From a virus (lineage: Duplodnaviria; Caudoviricetes): a DNA stretch of 64,000 nt. This document shows positions 16,652 to 25,573 of this stretch, in pieces. The number at the start of each line of letters is the position of its first letter. Position 1 is the stretch's first letter. The DNA lies in the IMG/VR virus record IMGVR_UViG_3300035182_002389, positions 128,001 to 192,000 of that record; one strand, given 5' to 3'. The position numbers and the translations under genes are program-made. The notes beneath the pieces are model-generated. The model saw only the letters and a program-made list of their open reading frames with translations. It ran no database searches and was not told the origin of the DNA.

Positions 16652-17239
16652 ATGAGTTCCAAGCTCCCGTACATCCTCGGCGGCGCCGCGGTCCTCGGCA
16701 TCGGCTACTTCCTCTACAAGAAGAGCCAGACGCCTACCGCAACCGGAGCAAAGAGCACCGCGGGAACGCCGCAGGGATCTGCTGGCACGCCGCAGGGAGC
16801 CGCCGGAACACCGCAAGGGCCTGCCGCTCCAGAGCCGACAAGACCGATTCTCGTGAGGAGCCCGGGGCCGCTCAACACGAACGCCATTCGTCTTCGCCCG
16901 GAACTCTTCGCGACGCAGCCCGAGCCGGCGCCTCAGCCGGAGCCCCAGCCCAAGCCAGAGCCGGAGCCACAGCCCAAGCCAGAGCCGGAGCCTCAGCCCC
17001 AAGAGCCGGTCGACACCGCCGATCTGGACGCGTGCTCTCAGGCCGTGGAAGACATCTCCAACAGCACCCTGCGGATGGCGGTCAAAGCCGGAATTTCTCA
17101 GGCTGCCAAACTTGGCGGTCCCAAGGGAGCTTCGGAGCTTCAGACGGCGATCTCCGCGCTTCGGATGGCCGCGTTCCTCGACGACTCCATGACCGACATC
17201 GCAGACTGCTTGCAAGCGGCGGCCGACAAGATGAAGTAA
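16652..17239 (+). CDS. N-anchored membrane protein with AGTPQG and QPEP(K) repeats and a helical C-terminus
   Basis: LPYILGGAAVLGIGYFLYKK anchor; low-complexity stalk. Confidence 0.75.
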   Translation: MSSKLPYILGGAAVLGIGYFLYKKSQTPTATGAKSTAGTPQGSAGTPQGAAGTPQGPAAPEPTRPILVRSPGPLNTNAIRLRPELFATQPEPAPQPEPQPKPEPEPQPKPEPEPQPQEPVDTADLDACSQAVEDISNSTLRMAVKAGISQAAKLGGPKGASELQTAISALRMAAFLDDSMTDIADCLQAAADKMK

Positions 17240-17311
17240 GACGTCCGAACGAATGTTTCAGGCTCACGTCCACGGACCATTCGGACGCTTTTTCACCCGA
17301 GGCGCAAAAGC

Positions 17312-17833
17312 ATGAGCGCAAAAGTCCAGCTTCTTCAGCTCGGCGTGCCAGAGCGACTCGTCGAGAAGACGGGGGCGCTCATCGGCAAGGGCACCGAAGG
17401 CGTCATCTACGCGCTCTCGGAGCACCGCATCCTCAAGGTCAACCTCACCGCTCCGCGCACGCAATCCATCGCCGCCGTCGCCAAACGTGCGAACAAGAGC
17501 AAGTGGTCCGCGCACATCTACGAGTACGGCCGGTGCGAACCACGAGGGTTCTGGTACACGAGCGAGCGACTCTACAAGGTGCCTGAGAGAGCGCGCGTGC
17601 TGCTCAACGTCATCGGCCTGTCCTACGTCGCGTGGAAGCGCGGGCGGATGACCAAAGCGGAGCACGACGAGCGCGTGAAGGGGGCCATCGAACGGATGCC
17701 TCCGCAGCTTCAGAGCATCGTGAAGAGCGCTCGCAAGGCGGGGTACGTCGACGTGCACGGCGCGAACGTCATGATCACAAAAGACGGCATCTACAAGTTC
17801 ATCGACCCGGAATCGATCTCACGCGTCGTCTGA
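17312..17833 (+). CDS. Minimal protein-kinase-like fold protein
   Basis: IGKGTEG Gly loop, ILK Lys, DVHGAN catalytic loop, FIDP Mg-binding Asp, all in 173 aa. Confidence 0.7.
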   Translation: MSAKVQLLQLGVPERLVEKTGALIGKGTEGVIYALSEHRILKVNLTAPRTQSIAAVAKRANKSKWSAHIYEYGRCEPRGFWYTSERLYKVPERARVLLNVIGLSYVAWKRGRMTKAEHDERVKGAIERMPPQLQSIVKSARKAGYVDVHGANVMITKDGIYKFIDPESISRVV

Positions 17834-17949
17834 CCGACCTTCAAACCGCACAATCGGTTCCTGCTGGGACGTAGCCAAGTTGGTAAGGCAGGGGATTTTG
17901 ATTCCCCCACCGCGGGTTCAAGTCCCGCCGTCTCTACTGCCGCCGAGGC

Positions 17950-17964
17950 GGCTTTCCACAAGCC
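17950..17964. promoter_or_regulatory. Palindromic motif GGCTT-TCCAC-AAGCC
   Basis: Intergenic, about 24 bp before ATG 17988. Confidence 0.7.
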
Positions 17965-17987
17965 AACGAGAAGGGTACTCTTCCACC

Positions 17988-18245
17988 ATGTCGCCCCGCC
18001 CCATCCTTTCTCGCCGCGCCATCACCGGCGCCGTCACCACCGACGTCGCGGCTGCCGCCGCCGCAGCCGCGCCGCCCGTCGCGCCCGCGCCCATCGTCAC
18101 CACCGAGCCGTCCACCGGGCAGAAGATCGTCGGCACCGCAGGCGCGGCCGTCGGCCTCGCGGGCATCGGCGCCATGCTGCTCATCCCCGTCGCCGTGCTC
18201 GCGCTCATCGGCACCGGCGCCTACTACCTCTACAAGAAGGCCTGA
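17988..18245 (+). CDS. Small TM protein with RPxL...TG leader
   Basis: MSPRPILSRRAITGA..C-terminal TM..YKKA. Confidence 0.7.
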   Translation: MSPRPILSRRAITGAVTTDVAAAAAAAAPPVAPAPIVTTEPSTGQKIVGTAGAAVGLAGIGAMLLIPVAVLALIGTGAYYLYKKA

Positions 18246-18248
18246 ACC

Positions 18249-18449
18249 GTGATCGGGCGAGCGCTGCTTTCAAGGCGCGCTACGGTCGGCGCTGAATCTG
18301 CCACGCCCGCCACGCCGCAGGCTGCGAGCAGCGCGGTCTTGTGGACGTCGGCCATTACGCCCATCGCCGTTCTCGCGATCGCGGGCGGCATCGCCTACTA
18401 CATCGTCAAGAGCGAGCCGGATCGTCGCGCGGGACACACGCTCTTCTAG
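18249..18449 (+). CDS. Small TM protein with VG leader
   Basis: (M)IGRALLSRRATVGA..TM; GTG start. Confidence 0.65.
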   Translation: MIGRALLSRRATVGAESATPATPQAASSAVLWTSAITPIAVLAIAGGIAYYIVKSEPDRRAGHTLF

Positions 18450-18461
18450 TCGAGGCCCGTC

Positions 18462-19616
18462 ATGAATCTCGACCAAAAGCTTCGCGTCCTCGTTGCTGGG
18501 GATTCCATCGTCGCGGGCTATCCGACGACCTCCGGGTTTCGCAAGAAGCTGCGCGAGTCGCTGCCGGAGAGCGTCGTCGAGTTCGTGGGGCCGAACGTCG
18601 ACGCGGCCGGGCTCAGGCACGGCGGCTATCATGGGCACCCATCAAAGAGCCTCGTCAAAAAGCTCCCAGAGCTGCTCGCTGATCGCCCCGACATCGCCAT
18701 CATCATGGTGGGGGGCAACGGCATCCCCGATACGACCCCCGAGGACGTGGGCCAAGAGGTTTCAGCCCTCGCCAAAGGTCTCGTCGACGGAGGCGTGCGC
18801 GTCGTCTACGTCTCGAAGATTGCCGACGTCTCCCTCTTCAGCGAGCACGTGCGCGCCTACAACGAGCAGATCGCGCTTCAGTGCCTGCTGCCGAACGTGC
18901 ACGTCATCGACATTGGCGGCGCAGTCGGTCCTGCCGATCGTGGATCGCCGTACTACGCTGACGACTGCCATCCGAACGAACTCGGATACGATCGCATGGC
19001 CGACGTTCCGCTCGCTCAGGTTTTCGGGCAAACCCCGCAGCCCATCACACGCGTTGGCGCGAGCGGTGAAAGCCCGACCTCACTCCTTCAGAGAGCCGAC
19101 CAAGAACTGAAGTCTGCGTACCCCGAGATGACCTCGGAGATGCGCGCCGTCTTCATCAAGTCGTGCCACGAAATCACAGGCCTCGGCCAGTCGGGCGATT
19201 GGGCTCCGTTCGGTGTCGCGTCCAACAACGTCGGCGCCATCGTCTATCGCCCAGGCCACGACGCGACCTACTTCATGGGCCGCGACGGCGTGAAGTACGC
19301 GAAATACCCGACGCTCAAGGAAGGCCTTATCGCCGCTGTCGAAGCTTACGAGCACATCATCTCGCCCGACGTGCCCGAGCGACCGTCCTTTCGCCGTCCG
19401 GTGCTCACGCGCCCCTACCCGGAAGCGACGGCGAACTTCAACCTGCACGGCGGCAAGCCCATCCTCCGCATCAGCGTTCGAGGTTCCTCGGACGCAGAGC
19501 CCACCGGCAACCCCTTCTCCTACGCCAACCTCGGCGTTCTCGTCATCGCAGGCGCCCTGTTCGCGGGCACGCTCGCGCTTCGACCCGGGCACAACGCGCC
19601 TCCGAGCCACCGATGA
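18462..19616 (+). CDS. SGNH/GDSL esterase fused to a lysozyme-like (GH73-like) segment and C-terminal TM
   Basis: VAGDS Ser, GGN, DDCHPN Asp/His; then HEITGLG..SNNVGAI..YAKYPTLKEG; C-terminal hydrophobic helix. Confidence 0.7.
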   Translation: MNLDQKLRVLVAGDSIVAGYPTTSGFRKKLRESLPESVVEFVGPNVDAAGLRHGGYHGHPSKSLVKKLPELLADRPDIAIIMVGGNGIPDTTPEDVGQEVSALAKGLVDGGVRVVYVSKIADVSLFSEHVRAYNEQIALQCLLPNVHVIDIGGAVGPADRGSPYYADDCHPNELGYDRMADVPLAQVFGQTPQPITRVGASGESPTSLLQRADQELKSAYPEMTSEMRAVFIKSCHEITGLGQSGDWAPFGVASNNVGAIVYRPGHDATYFMGRDGVKYAKYPTLKEGLIAAVEAYEHIISPDVPERPSFRRPVLTRPYPEATANFNLHGGKPILRISVRGSSDAEPTGNPFSYANLGVLVIAGALFAGTLALRPGHNAPPSHR

Positions 19617-19933
19617 GCACTGAGAGCTTGCGCGAGGTCTTCGCACGCGTGAAGCGCGAGAAAGCCGAACGCGAAGCGATCGTTCAAGCGTTCATCGCTC
19701 AGATCGGCGAGAGGCCCTTCTCCGTCGTCGTTCCTGCCCACGGCATATTTACGGACGACGTCACCTTCTACGTTCACCGGGACACACACGAGAAGTATCT
19801 CGGGCAGTGGCGCGTCACTCGCTTCATCAACGGCGAGCCTTGGGGCCACTACACCCACGCATCCTACGCCGACGTGCTCCGTCAGGTTGTCGGCGAGTAT
19901 CACGCCGATCTGCACAAAGCCAAACTGCGCTGA
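19613..19933 (+). CDS. Hypothetical protein
   Basis: ATGA overlap with the upstream gene; 106 aa. Confidence 0.6.
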   Translation: MSTESLREVFARVKREKAEREAIVQAFIAQIGERPFSVVVPAHGIFTDDVTFYVHRDTHEKYLGQWRVTRFINGEPWGHYTHASYADVLRQVVGEYHADLHKAKLR

Positions 19934-20019
19934 CATCTCCAACGAGCATGGAGATTTGACGGAGGCGTCTCTACGATGACCTCCGCCACGAGATTTCAAC
20001 CAAGAACGAGAGAAACACC

Positions 20020-20799
20020 ATGCACGACCCGAAGTCCCTTCTGCACGACCCGAGCCTCCTCCGACTCGGCAAGAAGGCCGTCCGCCACGACGACCGCACC
20101 CTGCAACTCGTCAAGTATCTCGGCGCGGCCCTTCCGCCGGCTCCCGCGAGCCTCGTCTGGTCGACGAAGACCGACAACAAGTGGCCGATGTTCCTCAACG
20201 ACTCGCTCGGCGACTGCACGTGCGCCGCGGCCGGCCACATGGAGCAGCTCTGGAGCGCCGCCGGGATCAAGAACGAGATCACTGTCGCCGACGCCGACGT
20301 GCTCGCGATGTACGAAGGCGCTGCCGGGTACAACCCGAAGGATCCGTCGACCGATCAGGGAGCCGTCGAGCTGGACGTCCTGAAGTTCTGGCAGAAGACC
20401 GGCCTCGCGGGGCGCAAGATCGGCCCGTACGCCTCGGTTTCGGTGCAGAGCAAGACCATCACGAAGGACGGCATCTACCTCTTCGGCGGCATCTACACCG
20501 GGTTCGCGCTGCCCGTCAGCGCGCAGTCGCAGGCCGTGTGGGACGTTCCCGCCCGCGGCGCCGTCGGACGCGGCGCGCCCGGGAGCTGGGGCGGCCACGC
20601 CGTGCCCGTCATCGACTACGACACGCGCGGCCTCACGTGCGTGACCTGGGGTACGCTGAAGCGCATGACCTGGGCCTTCTACCAGACCTACTGCGACGAG
20701 GCGTACGCCATCCTCAGCCCGGACTTCCTGTCCGCCGGCAAGTCCCCCGCCGGGTTCGACGCGGCGACGCTCGCGGCCGACCTCGCGAAGCTTCACTGA
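20020..20799 (+). CDS. Papain-like (C1-type) cysteine peptidase-like protein
   Basis: LGDCT Cys; WGGHAV His; VTWG where papain has NSWG. Confidence 0.7.
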   Translation: MHDPKSLLHDPSLLRLGKKAVRHDDRTLQLVKYLGAALPPAPASLVWSTKTDNKWPMFLNDSLGDCTCAAAGHMEQLWSAAGIKNEITVADADVLAMYEGAAGYNPKDPSTDQGAVELDVLKFWQKTGLAGRKIGPYASVSVQSKTITKDGIYLFGGIYTGFALPVSAQSQAVWDVPARGAVGRGAPGSWGGHAVPVIDYDTRGLTCVTWGTLKRMTWAFYQTYCDEAYAILSPDFLSAGKSPAGFDAATLAADLAKLH

Positions 20800-20827
20800 T
20801 CTCGCGAAGCTCCAACGATTCCTAGAG

Positions 20828-20860
20828 CGGAGGGACTCGCTATCCCTCCGTTCGCCTTTT
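20828..20860 (+). terminator. Probable rho-independent terminator
   Basis: CGGAGGGA/TCCCTCCG stem followed by TTCGCCTTTT. Confidence 0.6.
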
Positions 20861-20868
20861 GTGCTCTT

Positions 20869-20883
20869 GGCTTTTCACAAGCC
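20869..20883. promoter_or_regulatory. Palindromic motif GGCTT-TTCAC-AAGCC
   Basis: Just after a terminator; TACGAT at 20895; ATG at 20907. Confidence 0.75.
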
Positions 20884-20906
20884 AGTGTCCGGGGTACGAT
20901 CTCTTC

Positions 20907-21419
20907 ATGGCCCGACGCAAGATGACGATCGAAGAGTTCTCCACCGAAGAGCGTCGCCGGCGCGACGCGAAGATCATGAGCCTTCGCGCGCAGCACGAAG
21001 CCCACGAGCGCGCGCACGAGAGCGTCCTCGGATCGCCTCGCTACCAGAAGCTTCGCGCGAAGGGCGGGAGCATCTCTGCCGAAGAGAGCGCGCGCATCTC
21101 CTCGATCGCACCCATGAGCAACGAGCAGCGCGGGGAGCTGGAGCTGGAGGAGATCCTCCGCGATCTGCCGAGCATGTTCGTCGCCTATGCAAAGGTCCAC
21201 GGGCCGTCCAAGCACGAGTCGCGGCCCCAATCGGTCACGCTGACCACCTGGCCGGGTCAGGTCATCGCCGAAGGCGTCGCTGGGAGCATCTACAAGTCGC
21301 CGGGGTTCGGCGGTCCCATCCGCCGACGTCAGGTCGTGGCCAAGATCCGCGGCGTCACCTACGTCGGCATCTGGTCGTTCGACAGCGCCGACGCGGTGCG
21401 GATGCGGCGGAGGGGCTGA
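20907..21419 (+). CDS. Hypothetical basic protein
   Basis: Codon pattern typical of the region; follows the promoter motif. Confidence 0.65.
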   Translation: MARRKMTIEEFSTEERRRRDAKIMSLRAQHEAHERAHESVLGSPRYQKLRAKGGSISAEESARISSIAPMSNEQRGELELEEILRDLPSMFVAYAKVHGPSKHESRPQSVTLTTWPGQVIAEGVAGSIYKSPGFGGPIRRRQVVAKIRGVTYVGIWSFDSADAVRMRRRG

Positions 21420-21742
21420 TGGTCGGCATCCTCGCGCTCTTGCCCGCGAGCAAGCGGTACTACAGGGCTGGCGCGAGCCCCGGGTTCGCGCAGTCTTCTG
21501 CAACCACAGGGTTCTGCGCGCCGTGCATGCTCGCGCTCATTGCGGGCACCGACGCCGCCGTGCCTGCCGCGCCCGCTCCATCTGCGCCCGCGTCAGGGCC
21601 AAGCGCGCTCACCATCGTCGGCATCGCTGGCGCCGTCGGCCTCGTCGGGTTTCTTGCCTACGGCGCGCTCAACCCGCCGAGGAGCAACGAGTTCGATCGG
21701 CCGGGCCACGTTCGCGCCATGCGCAACTCCTTCGATCGCTAA
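21419..21742 (+). CDS. Small C-terminal TM protein with Gly-ending leader
   Basis: ..SSATTGF..APAPSAP..IVGIAGAVGLVGFLAYG. Confidence 0.6.
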   Translation: MVGILALLPASKRYYRAGASPGFAQSSATTGFCAPCMLALIAGTDAAVPAAPAPSAPASGPSALTIVGIAGAVGLVGFLAYGALNPPRSNEFDRPGHVRAMRNSFDR

Positions 21743-21753
21743 CACGAGGACCC

Positions 21754-22092
21754 ATGCCCCACGACGACGACTTCATTCCTTCTTGGGCCGGCCGCACGAG
21801 CTACCGAGACATCGGCAACGCGGAACGGCAATCAGCCAGGCTTCACGAGACGACGGACGCTCTCGTGAGACTCGATCCGTCGCTGACGCCGCGCATGGCC
21901 TACGTTCTATGCAGGGCCTACGCGGGCAGCATCAGCGGTGAAGATGCCGCAGACGATGCAAAGAGCGTCCTTGGCGCCGCGCGACGGAACAAGGCTCGCA
22001 CCGAGAAGCTCCTCGACCAAGTCCGGCGCGAACCCATGTCCCTCGGTGGGCGGACGCCGAAGTCCAGCGTCGTTCGCCGCAAGAAGGCCTGA
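21754..22092 (+). CDS. Hypothetical protein
   Basis: GAGG SD before ATG 21754. Confidence 0.6.
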   Translation: MPHDDDFIPSWAGRTSYRDIGNAERQSARLHETTDALVRLDPSLTPRMAYVLCRAYAGSISGEDAADDAKSVLGAARRNKARTEKLLDQVRREPMSLGGRTPKSSVVRRKKA

Positions 22093-22094
22093 CC

Positions 22095-22283
22095 ATGCTC
22101 ACCGTGCAGGGGCTCCTCGACGAGACCAAGCGCTATCGTGCAACCACGGCCACGGGCGCGACCATCGAAGAGGAGACCGCCAAGACGGCCATCTCCTCCG
22201 CTCTGCCGCTCATCGCTCTCGGAGGCCTGCTGCTCGTCGGTCTCTACGCGGCCAGCGCGCCGTCTGCGACCCGCCCACGCTGA
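22095..22283 (+). CDS. Small TM protein with TG leader
   Basis: ..RYRATTATGA..LPLIALGGLLLVGLY. Confidence 0.6.
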   Translation: MLTVQGLLDETKRYRATTATGATIEEETAKTAISSALPLIALGGLLLVGLYAASAPSATRPR

Positions 22284-22286
22284 TCG

Positions 22287-22865
22287 TCAAGGCGCATTGC
22301 GACGCGCCTCGAACGTAATCAGGAGCTTGTCGAGCAGATCCTTCATGCGCTTGCGAAGGGCCCCTTCCTTGACGCCGAAGATGACCGCGATCTCCTTGTA
22401 TTCGAGGCCATCGTCGAGACGTAGGGTCAAGAGGTTGCGAGCGTCGTCGCTCAGCTCGCTCGCGATCTCACGGAGAAGCGCCACGTCGCGATGATGTTGA
22501 AGTCCCGTCCCCGGGCCTGCGAGGCTTCCGATCCAACGCTCGCTCGCGACGCCGGAGGTCGGCAAGGTGCGCCGACGCGCTCTCTTCGCCGACTCCGCCG
22601 AGTCGAGCGCCTTGTGACGAGCGATGCCGCACAGCCACGAGTGCATCGTGCTCTGCCCCGCAAAACCGCCGATCTTTTCGGACGCCGCCGCGAACGTCAC
22701 TTGCGCCACATCTCGGGCGCGCTGGTCGTCGCGCACGTAGCGCATCGCGAAGCGGACGATGCTCTTGTAGTAATGGCGGGCGGCAAGGTTCAACGCGCGA
22801 TGTCGATCGCCCGCCTGAAGCGCCTGCCGAATCTGAGCCTCGACGGCCGCGATGTCTTCCGCCAT
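22287..22865 (-). CDS. ECF-type sigma-70 family RNA polymerase sigma factor
   Basis: Region 2 (ARDVAQVTF..F.GQST..SWLCGIARHKALD) and region 4 HTH (LSDDARNLLTLR..GLEYKEIAVIFG..EGALRKR). Confidence 0.85.
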   Translation of the reverse strand: MAEDIAAVEAQIRQALQAGDRHRALNLAARHYYKSIVRFAMRYVRDDQRARDVAQVTFAAASEKIGGFAGQSTMHSWLCGIARHKALDSAESAKRARRRTLPTSGVASERWIGSLAGPGTGLQHHRDVALLREIASELSDDARNLLTLRLDDGLEYKEIAVIFGVKEGALRKRMKDLLDKLLITFEARRNAP

Positions 22866-22927
22866 GGCGTCAGCCTACTCCATCGACGATTGCGGAAGAA
22901 GAGAGAGGGCGTGCTACGATTGCCGCC

Positions 22928-23179
22928 ATGGCCTACCAGCGCCCCGCGCTCGCCGCTGCGTCTCGACACGTCGCCCCGCGCGCAGCCGTAGGAGGCATCG
23001 CCGATGCGGCGCCGCTCGGCGTTCCCGTTCCCATGTGGCTCATCGTCGCTGGCGGCGCCATCGGCGCCATCGGTGCAATCGAGCCTACCGCTGCGCCCTA
23101 TCGAACGCCCGTTCTTCTCGCCGGTCTGCTCACTGCGTGCGCCGGCGCTGGCCTGACCGTCCTCAAGGGGTTCCAATGA
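22928..23179 (+). CDS. Small TM protein with RPxL...VG leader
   Basis: MAYQRPALAA..AAVGG; two hydrophobic segments. Confidence 0.7.
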   Translation: MAYQRPALAAASRHVAPRAAVGGIADAAPLGVPVPMWLIVAGGAIGAIGAIEPTAAPYRTPVLLAGLLTACAGAGLTVLKGFQ

Positions 23180-23403
23180 ACTGCCGGCGTCCCGTGCTTG
23201 CCCGCATTTCTGGCGCTCCCGTCGTTCACACGGGCGGAACCTCGTCCGGCGTTCCTGCTACGGGACTCGCCGTCGCGGCAATGTTCGGAGGCATCAGCGT
23301 CCTCAGCGCTGCCAGCCTTCACGATCGGGCTACCGCCAACAGCCTCCTCTACCCGGTCGGCGGCGTTCTCGCTGTGGTCGGGGCCTTGAACCTGCTCTTC
23401 TGA
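23176..23403 (+). CDS. Small TM protein with RPxL...TG leader
   Basis: MNCRRPVLARI..VHTGG; two hydrophobic segments. Confidence 0.65.
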   Translation: MNCRRPVLARISGAPVVHTGGTSSGVPATGLAVAAMFGGISVLSAASLHDRATANSLLYPVGGVLAVVGALNLLF

Positions 23404-23412
23404 GAGGCTTCC

Positions 23413-23652
23413 ATGAGCTACCAGCGACCCTCCCTCTGTTCTTCGCCTTCTCGGCCCGCCCTTGCGAGCGTTGGAGGTTCGGACACCTCTTCCGGCGCAA
23501 GCGAATGGATCCTCCCCGTACTGCTCGTCGGAGGGGGCGCTGCACTCTACATGGAGATGCGTCGAGAACGCGCAAAGGAAGAGGCGTCTGTTGTCCAGGG
23601 CAGGGCCTTCTACGCGAGTCGCCACCCTGAGAGGTCGCGCGCCGCGCGATAG
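23413..23652 (+). CDS. Small TM protein with RPxL...VG leader; paralog of 23656
   Basis: MSYQRPSLCS..ASVGG..WILPVLLVGGGAALYMEMRRERAKEE. Confidence 0.75.
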   Translation: MSYQRPSLCSSPSRPALASVGGSDTSSGASEWILPVLLVGGGAALYMEMRRERAKEEASVVQGRAFYASRHPERSRAAR

Positions 23653-23655
23653 ATC

Positions 23656-24204
23656 ATGGACTACCGTCGCCCCGCCCTCTGCTCTCGGCCCGATCTCGGG
23701 CCTGCGGCTACGCATGTCGGCGCAGACGTTCCTGCGACCTCAAGCCCGACGGGGTGGATACTGCCGGTCTTGATTCTTGGCGGAGGCGCCGCGCTCTACT
23801 TCGAGATGAAGAAGGAGCGCGCGAAAGAGGATTCGCAGACGGCGCAAGGGCGCGCCTTCTACGAGAAGCGTCGCTCTGAGAAAGAGCGCGAACGCGCCCT
23901 CCGAGAAGAGCGTTTTGGCCCCACCACTCCAAGGACCGGAGCTGCCTTTCACGGACCGAAGGCGCCATCCATCGCCGATCGTCCGATGACAACTGAGGAG
24001 GCCGCCAGGGTTCAGCGCGTGCTCCACCCTGTTCCGCCGCTTCGCCCGGACGCCTTGCCCGAGGTTCAACACGTACCCCGTGAGGCTCGGGAACGGGCCG
24101 GGTTCAAACCCCTGCACATCGAGAAGATGCGCAAAGAGCTGGAGGCCCTCCGGCGCGAGTTCGGCCCTTCCACGGAAGGTCCGAAAACCGAGCGCAGGCC
24201 GTGA
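23656..24204 (+). CDS. TM protein with RPxL...VG leader; paralog of 23413
   Basis: MDYRRPALCS..THVGA..WILPVLILGGGAALYFEMKKERAKED. Confidence 0.75.
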   Translation: MDYRRPALCSRPDLGPAATHVGADVPATSSPTGWILPVLILGGGAALYFEMKKERAKEDSQTAQGRAFYEKRRSEKERERALREERFGPTTPRTGAAFHGPKAPSIADRPMTTEEAARVQRVLHPVPPLRPDALPEVQHVPREARERAGFKPLHIEKMRKELEALRREFGPSTEGPKTERRP

Positions 24205-24229
24205 TTGTTTGCGCGTAGGAGCAGGGCCC

Positions 24230-24244
24230 GACTTACGCTAAGCT
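24230..24244. promoter_or_regulatory. Palindromic motif GACTT-ACGCT-AAGCT
   Basis: Intergenic, 7 bp before ATG 24252. Confidence 0.75.
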
Positions 24245-24251
24245 GACTCGC

Positions 24252-24833
24252 ATGGCGTCTGTCCGCGGCCTGCTCGCACACAAGCCCCAAGCCCACGTTC
24301 CGCCGGCCAACGTCGGCGCACCTCTCCCGGCCGGACCTGCCCCCGCATCGAGCGGACCGAACCTGACGACTCTCCTCGTCATCGGCGTCGTCGGCGCAGG
24401 CGCGTACGTCTACTGGAAGAAAAAGAAGGAAGGCGAGAAGGCGGAAGCTAGCTATCGCAACCGCCAACCCGTCCAATACGACGCCTCCGTCGTTCGGACT
24501 CCGCACAGGCAGATGTCCGCCGTCGCCGGAACGAGCAAGAGCCCGGTTGGGTTCTTGGCACCGCCCTCGTCTGTCTCCGGGTCGACAGAGAGGGCCTCTC
24601 CGCGCCATACGGAGGGAGGCGTCATCTCTCGCGAGGCGTACTCCTACCCCGACGTGCCGCGTTTCCCCGACGCCCAAGCTTCGTCGTTCCGTTGGCGCCC
24701 ACCCGTCGACCAGCCGCCCTCTACGGTTCCGGGAACTGAGCGAGACATGCCGCCCTTCACCGTCGTCTCGGGGGACGCTCCCTTCGCACCCGAGTCCATG
24801 AGCGAGTCTCTCTCCAACCGCCGCAGCTTCTGA
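24252..24833 (+). CDS. TM protein with VG leader and Pro/Ser-rich tail
   Basis: ..PANVGA..LLVIGVVGAGAYVYWKKKK. Confidence 0.7.
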   Translation: MASVRGLLAHKPQAHVPPANVGAPLPAGPAPASSGPNLTTLLVIGVVGAGAYVYWKKKKEGEKAEASYRNRQPVQYDASVVRTPHRQMSAVAGTSKSPVGFLAPPSSVSGSTERASPRHTEGGVISREAYSYPDVPRFPDAQASSFRWRPPVDQPPSTVPGTERDMPPFTVVSGDAPFAPESMSESLSNRRSF

Positions 24834-24850
24834 GAGAACGGGGCTCGACG

Positions 24851-25573
24851 ATGGCGCAGAAGCAGTGGATCAATCTGCCGACCGGGCAGGTGCTCGTCGA
24901 CGGCGTCGCCGTCACGCCCACCGATCCGCTACGCATCAAGCAGATTCAAAACGACGTCATCGAAAAGTGGGGCGTCGTATTCGCAAAGGCGGCAATCAAG
25001 ACTGGCGTGCCGTGGTGCTGGCTCATCGGGTTCTGCGCGTCGGAGAGCTATCCTGTCGGCGATCCGAACAGCCTCTCTGGCATGGGCGCCATCGGGCTCA
25101 TGCAGCTTTTGCCGAGCAACTTTGCAAAATTCATGGGGCGCCCCGTGAGCCGCGCGGAGATGTTCAGCCCCGAGATCAACGCGTTCGTCGGCGCCTCCTT
25201 CATCGCGGACCTTCGCAAGCACAACGGCAACGATCTGGTCGCGACCGCCTCGATGTACAACGCGTGGATCGATCACAGCGACAAGTCGGGCCTCTACTAC
25301 CCGAAGACGTGTGCCAACCATCCGTGTTCAGACACGAGCTGGGGCCCCACGCCGAACGAGGCGATGTACGCGGAAGACAGCTACATCGAGAAGGTCGTGA
25401 CCGCGACCAACTTCGCCTACCCGCAGACGGCGCGGTTCATCGCCCAAGCTCAGACCGAAATCCAAACGTCCTCCACGGGACGCACACTCGCCATCGGCGC
25501 AGGATCGCTCCTGATCTGCGCCGGCGGCTATTTCGCCTACAAGCAATACGCCGCGAGGAAGAAGAACGCATGA
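24851..25573 (+). CDS. Lytic transglycosylase (SLT domain) with C-terminal TM anchor
   Basis: SES catalytic Glu, GAIGLMQL, N...G..F, YNA motifs. Confidence 0.85.
   Translation: MAQKQWINLPTGQVLVDGVAVTPTDPLRIKQIQNDVIEKWGVVFAKAAIKTGVPWCWLIGFCASESYPVGDPNSLSGMGAIGLMQLLPSNFAKFMGRPVSRAEMFSPEINAFVGASFIADLRKHNGNDLVATASMYNAWIDHSDKSGLYYPKTCANHPCSDTSWGPTPNEAMYAEDSYIEKVVTATNFAYPQTARFIAQAQTEIQTSSTGRTLAIGAGSLLICAGGYFAYKQYAARKKNA

Noticed and set aside
15079-18449. Twin-arginine (Tat) signal interpretation of the SRR/ARR leaders
   Set aside because: There is no S/T-R-R-x-F-L-K consensus, and the hydrophobic segment is 20-40 aa downstream rather than adjacent. Several family members lack RR altogether.
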